Assembly: GCA_945861645.1 (NCBI GenBank)
Contig: CAMAVZ010000022.1
Coordinates: 1-31,239 of the forward strand
Direction of reading: 5' to 3'
Origin: Opitutus sp. GAS368
GTDB lineage: Bacteria > Verrucomicrobiota > Verrucomicrobiia > Opitutales > Opitutaceae
Length of the DNA stretch: 31,239 bases
A model generated the notes under the pieces. It was not told the DNA's origin. It worked only from the letters and a program-made list of their open reading frames with translations, and ran no database searches. Of the stretch, positions 1 through 9,465 are shown in pieces; the first letter of the stretch is position 1, and each line of letters opens with the position of its first letter. The position numbers were made by a program, and so were the translations under genes.

Positions 1-158
1 ATCAATCCCTCCCCTGCCGCCACTTAACGCAGGTTAAGTGCGCACATGGCGCCTAACATAACAGAGGTCCGTGATCGCGTCCGGCGCGTCAGACCAGTCA
101 CCGGATAGATTCGCAAAAATGGTTTACATCCCCCGCGGAGCTCCCCCAAGGTTTTCCC

Positions 159-728
159 ATGGATGCAGTTCAACAAGAGGTCACTGACATATTCCTGCGC
201 ACCAAAGCGCTGCTACAAGGACACTTCGTCCTGCGCTCCGGATTGCACAGTGGACATTTTTTTCAATGCGCGCAGGTCTGCCAGAATATGCCGGCGGTGG
301 AACGACTCGGCACGCTCCTCATTCAAAAATTGGGCAACCTGCAGTTCGACACCGTCCTCGCTCCCGCCATGGGCGGACTCGTCATTGGGCAAGAAGTCGC
401 CCGCCAGGCAAAATGTCGCTTCATCTTCGCGGAAAAGGAAAATGACCGTCTCGTCATGCGCCGCGGCTTTACGCTCACCCCCGGCGAAAAAATCCTGGTG
501 GTAGAAGATGTCATTACCCGCGGCGGCCGCGTGCAGGAGTGTTTGGAAATTGTGAAAAAAATGGGTGGCACCACTGCTGCGGTAGCAGTGCTCGTCGATC
601 GCAGTTCGGGCCAAGCCAAATTTACGGTACCCACCTATTCGCTCCTTGAGATGAGCTACCCGACCTACCCGGCTGATCAAGTTCCCGCCGCCCTCGCGCT
701 AATCCCCGCTAGTAAGCCGGGCAGTTGA
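159..728 (+). CDS. pyrE: orotate phosphoribosyltransferase
   Basis: GHFVLRSGLHS N-terminal motif, APAMGG, and type I PRTase PRPP-binding loop LVVEDVITRGG; 189 aa. Confidence 0.93.
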   Translation: MDAVQQEVTDIFLRTKALLQGHFVLRSGLHSGHFFQCAQVCQNMPAVERLGTLLIQKLGNLQFDTVLAPAMGGLVIGQEVARQAKCRFIFAEKENDRLVMRRGFTLTPGEKILVVEDVITRGGRVQECLEIVKKMGGTTAAVAVLVDRSSGQAKFTVPTYSLLEMSYPTYPADQVPAALALIPASKPGS

Positions 729-821
729 TCGCTCAGCTCTCATTGGCAGTAAGCAATCCCGGCAATAACCCACTTACTTAGCCGCCCTTATTTACAGTAC
801 GGTGGTCACGATCCTCATCGC

Positions 822-1940
822 ATGCCGACGATAAAATATTTTTTCCTGCCGCTTGCGGTTATCCTAGCTGCCGTTGCGCTGCGGCCAACTTTAGCCCTGG
901 GGGCCGTGGATTCAGTTCCTGCGCTGGAGGCGATCGCGTATCCTGATCACGCGCAACTGCTCGTCGTGCGCAATGCTCAGGGCCAGGAACGCCCAGTACT
1001 CACCACCACTGATTGGGCGGAACGCGCGGCGCATATTCGCGCCAATATTCAGCAGGTCATGGGACCGCTACCGGATCGCGCCCACCGTGCGCCGCTGAAT
1101 GTTGAAATCATTTCCGAGGAGCAGACCAACAACTATCTGCGCCGCAAAATACTCTTTACCGCCGAAGCAGGCGATCGGGTACCCGCCTGGTTGCTCATTC
1201 CTCATCAAAGTCCCGCCAACGGCCAAGCTCCCGCCATGCTTTGTCTGCATCAAACTAATCGCCTCGGCAAAAATGAGCCGGCGGGCCTCGGGGGTCTCCC
1301 CGCGCTACACTACGCCCACGAATTAGCTGAACGGGGCTACGTTTGCATCGTGCCTGATTATCCCTCTTTCGGCGAATACCGCTACGATTTCAAAAAAGAT
1401 GGCGCCCATTATGCCAGCGGTTCAATGAAGGCGATCTGGAACAATCTGCGGGCAATTGACGTGCTCGAAACACTACCGGTGGTAAACAAAGAGCGGATCG
1501 GGGTGATTGGGCACTCGCTCGGCGGGCACAATGCACTCTTCACCGCGGTTTTTGATCAACGGATCAAAGCAGTGGTGTCGAGTTGCGGGTTTACCCCTTT
1601 TCATCATTATAACGGGGGGACCGGGCTTGCTGGCTGGGCCAGTGACCGCTACATGCCGCGCATCCGAGATGTTTATGAAAATAATCCGGATAAAGTTCCT
1701 TTCGATTTTTATGAAATCCTCGGAGCGCTGGCCCCGCGAGGCTGCTTTTCTAATTCACCCGAGCACGATAGCAATTTTGACCTTAAAGGCGTCCGCCAAG
1801 CTTTCGCCCGAGCCGCCGAAGTTTACACCCTCTTCAATGCTCGCGACCACCTCAGGCTGGTCACGCCCGACGCGGGCCATGATTTTCCGGCGATGGAACG
1901 TCAGGCCGCCTATCAATGGCTAGATCAGCTATTGAAGTGA
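822..1940 (+). CDS. exported alpha/beta-hydrolase (dienelactone hydrolase/acetyl xylan esterase-like)
   Basis: Signal peptide; nucleophile elbow GHSLGG; C-terminal D (HDSNF) and H (AGHDFP) fit a Ser-Asp-His triad; AHELAERGYVCIVPDYPSFGE segment. Confidence 0.8.
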   Translation: MPTIKYFFLPLAVILAAVALRPTLALGAVDSVPALEAIAYPDHAQLLVVRNAQGQERPVLTTTDWAERAAHIRANIQQVMGPLPDRAHRAPLNVEIISEEQTNNYLRRKILFTAEAGDRVPAWLLIPHQSPANGQAPAMLCLHQTNRLGKNEPAGLGGLPALHYAHELAERGYVCIVPDYPSFGEYRYDFKKDGAHYASGSMKAIWNNLRAIDVLETLPVVNKERIGVIGHSLGGHNALFTAVFDQRIKAVVSSCGFTPFHHYNGGTGLAGWASDRYMPRIRDVYENNPDKVPFDFYEILGALAPRGCFSNSPEHDSNFDLKGVRQAFARAAEVYTLFNARDHLRLVTPDAGHDFPAMERQAAYQWLDQLLK

Positions 1941-1973
1941 TTCCGCCATGCTTACATTATTTTCCGAATTACC

Positions 1974-4900
1974 ATGACGAAGCCCCTGCTCTTGGCGTTC
2001 CTGCTCCTAGCCCCCGCGGTCAGCTCATTGCTCCTCGGCGCGGACGCACTTAAATCTAAGTCAACTTACGCCAAAGCCTACGGTGAGACCAAAAATCTGG
2101 TGGCCGTAGATGCGGCGAAAGATTTGCCCCGCTATCCTGCGGTTGAGCCCAAAGACGCGCTCGCTACTTGGCAAGTTAAGCCCGGCTTTAAATTACAACT
2201 CGCCGTGCATGAGCCCCAAGTGCGTGATCCGATCGCTATTTGTTTTGATGAACGCGGTCGGATGTTTGTGTGCGAGATGATTGATTATTCTGAAATGCGC
2301 GATGTCACTCCGCATCTGGGCCGCGTCTCCATGCTCGAGGATAAAGATGGCGACGGATATTATGAAACCAGCACTATTTTTGCCGATGATCTCCCCTGGC
2401 CGACCGGCCTAGTCTGGGCTAAGGGTGGGCTCTATGTCGGGGCCACTCCGGATATCTGGCGCTTCGAAGATCGCGACGGTGATGGGCGGGCGGAGGTGCG
2501 CGAAAAAATGTTCACCGGCTTCGGCACCGGGTTGAAATTACTCAATGTGCAGGCCCTGCTCAACAGTTTCCAATGGGGACAAGATAATCGAATTCACGTG
2601 CTGGCGGGGGCTGGTAACCGCGGCGCCATCACCTGCCTCCAACGCCCCGACCTGCCAGCTCAAGAACTGGGCGGACGCGATTTCTGGTTTGATCCCCACA
2701 CGCACGAATTCGGCTTCGAAGGCGGCGGCGCTCAATACGGGATGAGCTTCGACAACTACGGCCGCAAATTCGGCTGTTCCAACTCTGACCATCTCCAAAC
2801 GTGGATCTATGACGATAAATTTACCGAGCGAAATCCTTTCTACACCATGCCGCCCTCGCATCAAAGTATCGCGGCCGATGGTGGGGCGGCCGAAGTTTTC
2901 CGCCTGAGTCCCGACGAACCCTGGCGGATCATTCGCACTCGCTGGCGCATCGCCGGAGTCGTTAAAGGGATGATCGAAGGTGGTGGCCGCGTGAGTGGCT
3001 ATTTCACGGGCGCCACGGGCACGACAGTTTATCGTGGCGATGCCTACGGGGCAGATTTTGTAAATAATACCTTCACGGGTGATGCGGGTGGACAACTCGT
3101 GCATCGAAAAAAAATCTACCCCGACGGCGTTAGTCTCATTGGTCGACGCCCAGCGGATGAACAGGGTTTTGAATTTGCCGCGAGCGATGACACGTGGGTT
3201 CGCGTCGTGAATTTCGCCAATGCCCCCGATGGCTGTCTGTATATTTGCGACATGTACCGCGAGGTGATCGAGCATCCGTGGAGCATACCCGACGAGATCA
3301 AACAGCACCTCGACCTTAATAGCGGTTATAACCGTGGGCGCATCTATCGCCTCGTTCCTGATAATAAAGCGTGGCAGCGACGCAGCCAAGTTACGCTGGC
3401 AACTGCGAGTCCCGCGGAGCTCGTGGAAGCCCTCGCCCACCCCAATGGTTGGCAGCGCGACACCGCAGCGCGCCTGCTTAATGAGCGACAAGATCACTCC
3501 GTAGTTCCACTCCTCGCTAAACTTTTTTCCGAACCGAGTAATGCACTCCAGCGATTCCACGCCCTTGGTGTGCTGAGCGGTCTCGGTTCGCTAGCCGAAG
3601 ACACAATCTTGAACGCGCTGAGTGACGCCGACGCCAACGTCCGCGAGCGCGCGGTCACCCTAGCAACGATCACCCCGAGAATTTTAAAAAAATTCACCCA
3701 ACTTGTTACTGACCCCAGTGTCCGCGTGCGGTTTCACCTCGCCTTAGCTTTGGGCAATGTTGCGCCGGAAAAATCCGCGAACACCTTGGCTGAATTAATT
3801 AAAAATAATGCTGCGGATACTTGGATCGTAGCCGCCGTGCTCAGCGCACCGCCCACTTATGCCCAGCCCATCTTTGATCGCCTCAACGCCAGCGATTTTC
3901 TAGCTAAACCAGAGGCGGCCGCCGTCACAGCTCATTTAGTCGAACTAAACACCGCGACCGCCGACGCAGCGCGACTACACCAGATGATCACGTTCGTTGC
4001 GGCGAATCCCCGGGCGCCATTAGTTCAAGCCTTGGGCGCAGGTCTTCGCCGCAGCGGCACGACCATCGAGCAGGCCGACACGGAAAAGCAACTCACCCCA
4101 GCCTTCACGCGCGCGGCGCGCATCGCTCGTGAGGCCACCGCCACGCCAGCGGCGCGCATCGAGGCCATCGAATTGCTCAGCCTCCTGCCGCCGGCGCAGG
4201 CCCGCACCGCACTCGCGGCGGGTTTAACCAAGGGACAACCGCCCGCAATCCAGCGCGCGGCGATCAACGCCGTGGCCCAATATTATTCGACCGATAGCAC
4301 GCGCCTCCTCATCGAGCATTGGTCCGATTATGACTCTACGGCGCAAGAGGCAGTTATCACGATTCTCCTAGCCCGCGAGGTGAGTGCTAACACCCTACTT
4401 TCAACCATTGCTGCCGGCGATATTTCGCCCAGTGCACTCAGCGCGTCGCAGGTGCAGGCGGTGGTGCAGCACAAGGACGCCAGCATAGCCGCACGCGCTA
4501 AGCAGGTTCTTGCTTCGGTCATACCGCCCGCCCGCGCTGAGATGGTGGAGAAGTTCCAACCCGCCCTCACTTTGAGCGGGGTCGCTGATCGCGGACAGAC
4601 TATCTACCAGAGTCGCTGCTTCATCTGTCATCAAGCCGCTGGACTAGGCATAGCGCTCGGACCTGATTTGATTACGGTTAAGTCAAAGGGACGCGCCGCC
4701 CTGCTTTCGGCTATTCTCGAACCGCACAAGGAAGTGGCTTCGCAATATATTGCCTACACGGTAAACACCAAAGCGGGCCAAACCCTTCAGGGCATTATCA
4801 CCAAAGACGATGCCCGCAGCCTCACCTTAAAGATGCTCGGCGGAGTGGAGGTGAATATTCCCCGCGCCACGCTTAAAGGCAGTGCAAGTACCGGCCAGAG

Positions 4901-4982
4901 CCTAATGCCCGAAGGCCTGGAAGCGGGCCTCGATGTTCAAGGGATGGCCGATCTACTCACCTTCATTGAAGAGCTTAAATAA
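1974..4982 (+). CDS. PVC-type heme-binding CxxCH protein (TIGR02604-like beta-propeller, HEAT-like repeats, TIGR02603-like cytochrome c)
   Basis: Signal peptide; PGFKLQL..EPQVRDPIAICFDERGRMFV; DKDGDG/DRDGDG repeats; PDGCLYICDMYREVIEHP; RGRIYR; CFICH..GPDL and SLMPEGL. Confidence 0.88.
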   Translation: MTKPLLLAFLLLAPAVSSLLLGADALKSKSTYAKAYGETKNLVAVDAAKDLPRYPAVEPKDALATWQVKPGFKLQLAVHEPQVRDPIAICFDERGRMFVCEMIDYSEMRDVTPHLGRVSMLEDKDGDGYYETSTIFADDLPWPTGLVWAKGGLYVGATPDIWRFEDRDGDGRAEVREKMFTGFGTGLKLLNVQALLNSFQWGQDNRIHVLAGAGNRGAITCLQRPDLPAQELGGRDFWFDPHTHEFGFEGGGAQYGMSFDNYGRKFGCSNSDHLQTWIYDDKFTERNPFYTMPPSHQSIAADGGAAEVFRLSPDEPWRIIRTRWRIAGVVKGMIEGGGRVSGYFTGATGTTVYRGDAYGADFVNNTFTGDAGGQLVHRKKIYPDGVSLIGRRPADEQGFEFAASDDTWVRVVNFANAPDGCLYICDMYREVIEHPWSIPDEIKQHLDLNSGYNRGRIYRLVPDNKAWQRRSQVTLATASPAELVEALAHPNGWQRDTAARLLNERQDHSVVPLLAKLFSEPSNALQRFHALGVLSGLGSLAEDTILNALSDADANVRERAVTLATITPRILKKFTQLVTDPSVRVRFHLALALGNVAPEKSANTLAELIKNNAADTWIVAAVLSAPPTYAQPIFDRLNASDFLAKPEAAAVTAHLVELNTATADAARLHQMITFVAANPRAPLVQALGAGLRRSGTTIEQADTEKQLTPAFTRAARIAREATATPAARIEAIELLSLLPPAQARTALAAGLTKGQPPAIQRAAINAVAQYYSTDSTRLLIEHWSDYDSTAQEAVITILLAREVSANTLLSTIAAGDISPSALSASQVQAVVQHKDASIAARAKQVLASVIPPARAEMVEKFQPALTLSGVADRGQTIYQSRCFICHQAAGLGIALGPDLITVKSKGRAALLSAILEPHKEVASQYIAYTVNTKAGQTLQGIITKDDARSLTLKMLGGVEVNIPRATLKGSASTGQSLMPEGLEAGLDVQGMADLLTFIEELK

Positions 4983-5046
4983 GCACCCACGGGGTGGCTC
5001 CCGCCACTCAACGCACACCTTAACCGTTACCGCCGAGGATTAAATT

Positions 5047-6396
5047 ATGAGAAACTTTTTTCTACTGCTCGGCTTACTAACCACTCTGACCGCATCGGCG
5101 GTTGTGAAAGTAGCCACCTTCGATGTCGATGCCACCCCCCCGCTGGGAGCTTCCCTGGCTTACGACGTGGCGATTCGATTGGATGAAATGACCCTCCGCT
5201 GCCGCGGGGTAGTTATTACCGGCTCGGGTGAACCCATCGTGCTCTGCGCCGTCGACTGGATCGGCATCGCCAATGAAGGCCATGACGCATTTCGGATCGC
5301 CTTAGCCAAGGCCTCTGGCACTACGCCTGATCGTGTGGCGGTTCATGTCCTGCACCAGCACGACGCCCCCGGCTGCGACTTCACAGCCGAACGTCTCGTC
5401 AAGGAACTCGGGGTCCAAGGCTACGCGCGTTTTAATGGCGATTATCAACGCGACGTTATTCGTCGGGCCGCCGACGCCATCCGGGTTGCCCTGCCCAACG
5501 CTCGCGAGGCCACGCACTGGGGTTGGGGCGAAGCAGTCGTCAATGAAGTAGCGAGTCAACGGCGCCTCCTCGGTCCTGATGGCAAAGTAAAATTTACGCG
5601 CACCTCATCCACCAAAAATGCCGCCATGCGCGCCGAACCTGAGGGCACCATTGATCCTAAAATCACCGCCCTGAGCTTTTGGAATAATGACGCACCGATC
5701 GCCATCATCACCCACTATGCCTGCCATCCGCAGAGCTATTACCGCCTGGGGATTCCGCATCCAGATTTTCCGGGCATCGCCCGTTTCATCCGCGCTCAAT
5801 CGATGCCTTATACGCTGCAACTCCATTTCAATGGAGCTGGCGGCAATGTGACCGCGGGCAAGTATAATGACGGCGCGTATGAAAATCGAATGATCTTGGC
5901 CAATCGACTCGCCGACGGAATGAAAGCCGCCTTCGAATCCACTAAAAAATCCCCGCTGGTTGCCGCGGATATCGGCTGGACCAACGCACGAGTGAAACTC
6001 CCCATCGCCGCGCACCTTAATGAAGCTGACTTAATCCAAAAACTTAAGACCACGCCACCACAGGGCTATGTTTCCACGGCGGATCAATTGGCTTGGGTTA
6101 CGCGGCATAAAGAAAATCACGGCGAAATCGATCTCAGCTGTCTGCGCGTCGGCTCAGCCCGCATGCTGTGCATGCCTGGTGAACTTTTTGTGGAATACCA
6201 ATTGGCCGCCAAAGCCATGCGGCCCGATCTGCACGTCTGCATGGCGGCCTACGGGAATTACGGTCCCGCTTACATTGGGATGAATTGCTCCTATGCGGAA
6301 GGAGGCTACGAAGTCGGTCCCCAATCTTCCAACGTTGCCCCAGAAGTCGAACAAGTGCTTTTCGCCGGCATGAAGCAATTGCTCGAAGTTAAATAA
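5047..6396 (+). CDS. exported neutral/alkaline ceramidase-like metallohydrolase of unknown substrate
   Basis: Signal peptide; DATPP, HQHDAPG, HYACHP, GAGGNV and MPGELFVEY resemble conserved ceramidase-fold motifs. Confidence 0.6.
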   Translation: MRNFFLLLGLLTTLTASAVVKVATFDVDATPPLGASLAYDVAIRLDEMTLRCRGVVITGSGEPIVLCAVDWIGIANEGHDAFRIALAKASGTTPDRVAVHVLHQHDAPGCDFTAERLVKELGVQGYARFNGDYQRDVIRRAADAIRVALPNAREATHWGWGEAVVNEVASQRRLLGPDGKVKFTRTSSTKNAAMRAEPEGTIDPKITALSFWNNDAPIAIITHYACHPQSYYRLGIPHPDFPGIARFIRAQSMPYTLQLHFNGAGGNVTAGKYNDGAYENRMILANRLADGMKAAFESTKKSPLVAADIGWTNARVKLPIAAHLNEADLIQKLKTTPPQGYVSTADQLAWVTRHKENHGEIDLSCLRVGSARMLCMPGELFVEYQLAAKAMRPDLHVCMAAYGNYGPAYIGMNCSYAEGGYEVGPQSSNVAPEVEQVLFAGMKQLLEVK

Positions 6397-6527
6397 TTTT
6401 TCTAGCCACCTTTAAATCGGTCCCCGCAGTACCCATCGGCCAGCACCAATGGCTTTCTAAGACAATTTTAGAGAAAATTAACCGGAGACTACCCAACGGC
6501 CCTGGTTATCCCATTTTTGCCCAATCC

Positions 6528-9296
6528 ATGAAATTGCTCCTGATTTTAGTTAGCCTCATCGTTTCTGCAACCGCCCACGAAGTAACCACGCGCGAGCTAC
6601 GCTGTGAATATCATCACAATCCGCTCGCCATCGGCACCACCCAACCCCGCTTCTCGTGGAAAATTCAACCCATCAATTCCACGGCACGAGATGTGCGGCA
6701 AGTCGCGTACGAAATTCAGTGCGCGCATGAAGCTGATGGTTTTGCGCAAAAATTGCTCTGGAGCTCAGGAAAGATTACCTCAGCCGCAGCAGATCAAATC
6801 GTTTATGCCGGCCCCAGCCTCGTTCCGCGGGATCGGATCATCTGGCGCGTCCGTGTCTGGGAGGCTGGCGGAGAAATCTCTGCTTGGAGTGAACCGGCTT
6901 CATTTGGCGTCGGACTTTTGGTTCAAACAGATTGGACCGCCTTATGGATCAGCGCGCGAGATGATCACGCGTTCACCACCAAAGAAAATATTCAAAATTT
7001 TATCCACGATCCTAAGCGCGGGAAAATCGTGATGACGCCGGCGAAATATTTTCGCCAGGTATTTCAGGCCGCTCAGATCGTCCGAGCCACCCTGTATGCC
7101 ACCGCACTCGGAGTTTATACGCTCGAGGTCAATGGCCGCCGCGTATCTGACGAACGACTCGCACCGGGCTGGTCCGCCTATCAACGGCGAATTCATTACC
7201 AAACTTACGACGTCACAAAATTAGTGCGCGAAGGGAAAAATGCGATCGGCGCGACCCTCGCAGATGGTTGGTATGCGGGCTACGTCGCTTACGGCTTACT
7301 GACTGGCCAGGAAGGCCTCGCCCCCGGAATCGACGGACGTTATTATTATGGAATATCGCCAGCCATCCGCGTCCAGTTAGAGTTGGAACTAACCGATGGG
7401 AGTCGGCAGACCATCAGCACTGATCTTCATTGGAAAACAGCGCTCGGCCCTATCACCGAAAGCGATATTCTCATGGGAGAATCTTACGATGCCCGCCAAG
7501 AGTTACCCGGTTGGTCGTCGCCTGAATTCGATGACTCCAAGTGGGCCTTGGCTGTTTGCAAAACGGGCACGGCCTCAAAAGTTGAGCCCCATCCCGGTGT
7601 ACCCGTTCGAGCAATTGAAGAAATTGCCGCCCAAACAGTTCATGAATTCAAACCAGGGGTCTTCATCTTTGATCTCGGACAAAATATTTCCGGAGTGGCC
7701 CGCCTTAAGGTAAAAGGAAAATCCGGAGATAAAGTTACCATCCGTTATGCGGAAGTCCTTCATCCGGATGGTAGCCTCAGCACTGAAAATCTCCGCAGTG
7801 CGCGCGCGGTGGACACCTACATTTTGAAAGGTGATCCGGCAGGAGAAACTTGGACTCCAGAATTTACTTATCACGGCTTTCAATATGTTGAGCTTACTGG
7901 TTTTTCCGGCCAGCCAACCAGCGACGCTGTGACGGGGATCGTGATTCATTCTGACACTCCACGCCACGGCAGCTTTGCTTGCTCAGATCCGATGCTCAAT
8001 CGTCTGTACCAGAACATCGTTTGGACCCAGCGGGCAAATTTCTTCGAAATGCCCACCGACTGCCCGCAACGCGATGAGCGCATGGGCTGGACCGGCGACG
8101 CGCAAATTTATGTCCGCGCCGCCACCTTCAACGCCGACATCGCGTCATTTTACACTAAGTGGCTGCGCGATCTGAACGATGATGCCTGGGACTACGGGGC
8201 CTACCCTGCCTATGCCCCCCGACCGCTCGCTCGCCCCAATGAACACCACGCGGCCGGCTGGATGGATGCCGGTGTGATTTGTCCTTGGACCATTTGGCAG
8301 ATATATGGTGACACCCGGGTCATCACCGAGCACTGGCGGAAAATGAATGATTTTATGGACTGGCGTAGAAAGCGAGACCCCGAGCTCAAAGGCTCCAGCG
8401 ATGATTGCGGCTTCGGTGACTGGCTATCGCTGGGCGACGTGAAAACCCCGATTCCTTTCATCGACTTGGCTTATTATGCTTATGATGCTCAGTTGATGGC
8501 GGAGATGGCTCAGGTCACCGGCCAGAAGGCGGATGCGATTAGATATACTGCGCTCGCCACCAAGGTGACCGCTGCTTTCCAGCAAGCCTATCTGCTCCCT
8601 GGAGGCAAACTCAGCGTCCACAATCAGTCAGCGTACGCGATGACCCTATTCTTCAACCTCATCCCCCTCGAACAGCGCGCCGCTACTTCAGCCCATCTCG
8701 CTGAACTCATAATAGCCAATGGCAATAAAATGACCACCGGCTTTATCGGCACACGCCCGCTGTTACCTGCACTCTCAGGCAGCGGTCATCATGATCTCGC
8801 AGGCATCCTCATGCAGCAACACGCCTATCCCAGCTGGGGCTATGAGGTAGATAATGGAGCGAGCACCATCTGGGAACGCTGGAATTCCTACACCAAAGGA
8901 AGTGGCAGCCATGAGCCGAGCATGAACTCATTTTCCCATTATGCCTTTGGCGCGGTCGGTGAATGGATGATGGCTGACCTCGCGGGCATCGATCGCGCAG
9001 CCCCCGGCTTCGACCGTATCCGCATTGCTCCCCGACCAACAGGTACAATTACCCAGGTAACGGCGGCCATGGAAACTCGCCATGGAAAATTAGCCGCAGC
9101 CTGGAAAATTATTGATGGAGAATTTTCTGTGCAAATCACGATTCCGTCCAATACCACCGCCGAAGTAATTTTACCGGTAACAGGTGAAATCAGAGAACAT
9201 GGAGTTAGTCTCCAAGGGCGACCTGGGGTCCAGGAGGTCAAGGCCAACCAACTCACGCTAGGCTCCGGCACTTATGAGCTAAGGGCGCGGTTGTAA
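6528..9296 (+). CDS. alpha-L-rhamnosidase, glycoside hydrolase family 78
   Basis: Signal peptide; DLGQNISG, FTYHGFQYVE, PTDCPQRDERMGWTGD, TIWERW and SFSHYAFG GH78 motifs. Confidence 0.92.
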   Translation: MKLLLILVSLIVSATAHEVTTRELRCEYHHNPLAIGTTQPRFSWKIQPINSTARDVRQVAYEIQCAHEADGFAQKLLWSSGKITSAAADQIVYAGPSLVPRDRIIWRVRVWEAGGEISAWSEPASFGVGLLVQTDWTALWISARDDHAFTTKENIQNFIHDPKRGKIVMTPAKYFRQVFQAAQIVRATLYATALGVYTLEVNGRRVSDERLAPGWSAYQRRIHYQTYDVTKLVREGKNAIGATLADGWYAGYVAYGLLTGQEGLAPGIDGRYYYGISPAIRVQLELELTDGSRQTISTDLHWKTALGPITESDILMGESYDARQELPGWSSPEFDDSKWALAVCKTGTASKVEPHPGVPVRAIEEIAAQTVHEFKPGVFIFDLGQNISGVARLKVKGKSGDKVTIRYAEVLHPDGSLSTENLRSARAVDTYILKGDPAGETWTPEFTYHGFQYVELTGFSGQPTSDAVTGIVIHSDTPRHGSFACSDPMLNRLYQNIVWTQRANFFEMPTDCPQRDERMGWTGDAQIYVRAATFNADIASFYTKWLRDLNDDAWDYGAYPAYAPRPLARPNEHHAAGWMDAGVICPWTIWQIYGDTRVITEHWRKMNDFMDWRRKRDPELKGSSDDCGFGDWLSLGDVKTPIPFIDLAYYAYDAQLMAEMAQVTGQKADAIRYTALATKVTAAFQQAYLLPGGKLSVHNQSAYAMTLFFNLIPLEQRAATSAHLAELIIANGNKMTTGFIGTRPLLPALSGSGHHDLAGILMQQHAYPSWGYEVDNGASTIWERWNSYTKGSGSHEPSMNSFSHYAFGAVGEWMMADLAGIDRAAPGFDRIRIAPRPTGTITQVTAAMETRHGKLAAAWKIIDGEFSVQITIPSNTTAEVILPVTGEIREHGVSLQGRPGVQEVKANQLTLGSGTYELRARL

Positions 9297-9412
9297 TTGT
9301 TACTAAGCGGAGCCTTTGAATTTCAGGGCGGAGCTGGCTGCATTAAAACGCCGCTCAGCGCTACGCAGCTGATCCTCTCGAGCCTGCGCCCGCTCCAACG
9401 AGTCGGTGATCT

Positions 9413-9442
9413 AAAAAAAGGCGCACCCTACGGTGCGCCTTT
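9413..9442 (-). terminator. intrinsic terminator for degP, possibly bidirectional
   Basis: AAAGGCGCACC-CTAC-GGTGCGCCTTT hairpin with A7 on the left, giving a minus-strand U tract, between convergent genes. Confidence 0.8.
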
Positions 9443-9465
9443 GTCTGGCCAAAAAATTACTGGGA

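Noticed and set aside
2538..3560. 340-aa antisense ORF and the many other shadow ORFs inside annotated genes
   Set aside because: They lie within well-supported genes, show no recognisable motifs, and long antisense frames are expected in GC-rich coding DNA
6455..6476. TCTAA-N7-TTAGA inverted repeat upstream of GH78
   Set aside because: Arms are only 5 bp in an AT-rich patch, with no second copy noticed
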